Below the pieces are notes generated by a model. The model was not told the origin of the DNA. It saw only the letters and a list, made by a program, of their open reading frames with translations, and did not search any database. The position numbers and the translations under genes were made by a program. A stretch of DNA of 44,386 nucleotides from a virus (Duplodnaviria; Heunggongvirae; Uroviricota; Caudoviricetes): IMG/VR virus record IMGVR_UViG_3300026737_000001; one strand, given 5' to 3'. Of this stretch, positions 42,853 to 44,386 are shown one piece after another; position 1 is the first letter of the stretch; every line of letters begins with the position of its first letter.

Positions 42853-43137
42853 TTATAAAACTCTTATTTCATCAAGTTCTTTTATTTTATCTAAAACTTC
42901 AATTAAAGAGTTTAGTCTTTTTATATGAGCTTTTTGTGATTCAAAATCTAAATTCATGGTTCCTATATTTAATTCAAATTTAGGGTCAGGCTCGGCTTTT
43001 ATATTTGTATCAAAATATATTAACTTAAAAAATGGAGATACCTGTTTCCAAATATGAATATCATCTTTTTCACTGTCATACTCACATTCATAGCCGATAT
43101 TATTTAGAAACTCAACAGCCTTTTTTTTGCTATTCAT
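42853..43137 (-). CDS. Hypothetical protein
   Basis: Start MNSKK after a GGAGG RBS. Confidence 0.65.
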   Translation of the reverse strand: MNSKKKAVEFLNNIGYECEYDSEKDDIHIWKQVSPFFKLIYFDTNIKAEPDPKFELNIGTMNLDFESQKAHIKRLNSLIEVLDKIKELDEIRVL

Positions 43138-43510
43138 TATTATCCTCCTCAACAATTAACTTATAATCAACATCATCTTCTAAACCCTCAACCTCAATAG
43201 GTTTACCCTCATCATCTGTGATAATCCTTAAAGGAGTTTTCTTTATTGATAAAGCTTCTAAGATATGATAATCCACATATTCCTGAAGTGCCTCATTAAA
43301 GTTATCACGCTCCTCTTTTTTATTATATTCAAGCATTCCAGCCATCTCATTAAGCTTATCCTTATATGCCTGCTGCATACTTTTAACATTGGCAGTTATG
43401 TTAATAGCCATTTTGTTTTTACTTTTTTCATGTATTTTATTTATGCTGAAATCAGCTTCTATTATCGCTGTGTAGCTATCATCATTTTTTCTTAATTTAA
43501 TATTATACAT
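43130..43510 (-). CDS. Hypothetical protein
   Basis: Track ORF. Confidence 0.7.
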   Translation of the reverse strand: MYNIKLRKNDDSYTAIIEADFSINKIHEKSKNKMAINITANVKSMQQAYKDKLNEMAGMLEYNKKEERDNFNEALQEYVDYHILEALSIKKTPLRIITDDEGKPIEVEGLEDDVDYKLIVEEDNNE

Positions 43511-43683
43511 TATCCTTCCTCCTTTTTGAGCAATTCTTCAACATCTTCTACATTCCTCCATTTTCCATAATTATTATCAGCTATATCCTTAATATCATCT
43601 AATAGTTCATTTAAAACTTCCCTCGGTGCATTTTCTGGTCTATATTCAATCATTTCAGCTATACCCTCAAATTCTTTGTCCAT
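43510..43683 (-). CDS. 57-aa acidic module homologous to the C-terminus of 19879..20235, not in the track
   Basis: MDKEFEGIAEMIEYRPENAPREVLNELLDDIKDIADNNYGKWRNV...; TAATG coupling to the next gene. Confidence 0.65.
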   Translation of the reverse strand: MDKEFEGIAEMIEYRPENAPREVLNELLDDIKDIADNNYGKWRNVEDVEELLKKEEG

Positions 43684-43697
43684 TTCTAAATGCTCAT

Positions 43698-44081
43698 CTA
43701 ATACATTTTCGATAAAATCTTCAACTCTTGATTTTCATATTTGTTGCCGATAACCTCGAAAGTATTAAGTTGTTGACGACAAATTAGTGTATTACCACTT
43801 AAATTCTTAGTGGCAAAAGATGCTAACTCTTTGTCATATACAACTTCACCCATGTGTGGGATTCCTTTGCCTTCAAAAGATATTTTACTTTTTATTATAT
43901 CCCCTTCATATATTTCTTTCCCGTTTTTATCTTTTAAACCGGTTGACTGCATTAATTCTGCCTTTGCTAAACTTTGAATTTCACCAAACTCATTCCACCA
44001 TATCAAACCTTGTATATCTTTACCATGATATAACATTTCTTTGCTTATATCATTCCAAGCTCTAAATTTAATTTTTTTCAC
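43698..44081 (-). CDS. YopX-family protein
   Basis: IKFRAW...LMQSTGLKDKNGKEIYEGDII...EVIGNKYEN. Confidence 0.92.
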   Translation of the reverse strand: MKKIKFRAWNDISKEMLYHGKDIQGLIWWNEFGEIQSLAKAELMQSTGLKDKNGKEIYEGDIIKSKISFEGKGIPHMGEVVYDKELASFATKNLSGNTLICRQQLNTFEVIGNKYENQELKILSKMY

Positions 44082-44092
44082 TCTCTACCTCC

Positions 44093-44341
44093 TTATAAAT
44101 GAGCTATTAAAGCTATAATAAATATCAAACCTGCAATTCCTAATGTTATCCAGGTAGGGGCAAAAACCCACCACCAACTCCAATCAATATGGCCTGTCAA
44201 TTTTAAAGTTATGAATATCAATTCTAATGCAGATAAATAACCTATTCCTGAACCACTATTATTTTTATTAATTAATTCTTCTTGCTCTTTATTGGGTATA
44301 ATTCTAAAACTATATGCTTTATCAACAATTTTAGTCTGCAT
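44093..44341 (-). CDS. Small membrane protein with an IS605 TnpB-like N-terminal peptide
   Basis: KAYSFRIIPNKEQEELINK fused to GIGYLSAL.LIFITLKLTG.IDWSWWWVFAP.W. Confidence 0.7.
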   Translation of the reverse strand: MQTKIVDKAYSFRIIPNKEQEELINKNNSGSGIGYLSALELIFITLKLTGHIDWSWWWVFAPTWITLGIAGLIFIIALIAHL

Positions 44342-44386
44342 AATTCCACCTCCTAATTAGATTTTTGATTTTGAATGTATCTCTTA

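Noticed and set aside
752-44065. The many 60-143 aa plus-strand track ORFs and nested minus-strand alternatives (e.g. 18396..18608, 23723..23908)
   Set aside because: They are antisense or out-of-frame shadows of well-supported minus-strand genes, with F/L/S/I-rich composition and no RBS.
1-44386. Stop-codon reassignment (alternative genetic code), prompted by the UUA-triplet RNA and one in-frame TAA near 8584
   Set aside because: Long conserved genes (pcrA, recA, rtcB, SNF2, DUF2828) have no internal stops, and TAA, TAG and TGA all end genes at the expected positions.

Overview
AT-rich segment of a large tailed-phage genome, probably infecting a Firmicute (host inferred from Firmicute-like ssb, pcrA, dnaG and sigmaA-type promoters). 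Nearly all genes are on the minus strand; the exception is a 5'-truncated plus-strand gene at the left edge. The left part is a host-like replication, recombination and nucleotide module: Holliday-junction-resolvase-like nuclease, DnaG, dUTPase, intein-containing ThyX, intein-containing PcrA/UvrD, beta clamp, RecA and SSB. The middle is a tract of small, often acidic ORFs that also carries RtcB, a C5 DNA methyltransferase whose first codons are duplicated at the start of an upstream HNH endonuclease, a SNF2 helicase and PhoH. The right part holds a HAD phosphatase, an Rnl2-like RNA ligase, a DUF2828 (TROVE/Ro60-like + vWA) gene, neuB and an RNA cluster (about 37,998-40,628) driven by one strong promoter. 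The cluster is the main discovery candidate. Besides two ordinary tRNA-Ser genes, it contains ten copies of CAGCAA. Four lie in free-standing hairpins, two of which display tRNA anticodon loops (Tyr-GUA, Gly-UCC). Five lie in a helix-plus-CAGCAA module inserted into the anticodon arm of tRNA bodies. One lies in a ~210-nt multi-hairpin RNA with a potential kissing loop. The architecture looks like a circularly permuted analogue of bacterial YrlA Y RNAs sitting next to a Ro60-like gene, which suggests an undescribed phage RNA-decoy or RNA-repair system. All family assignments come from motif recognition by eye; no database searches or folding programs were run.
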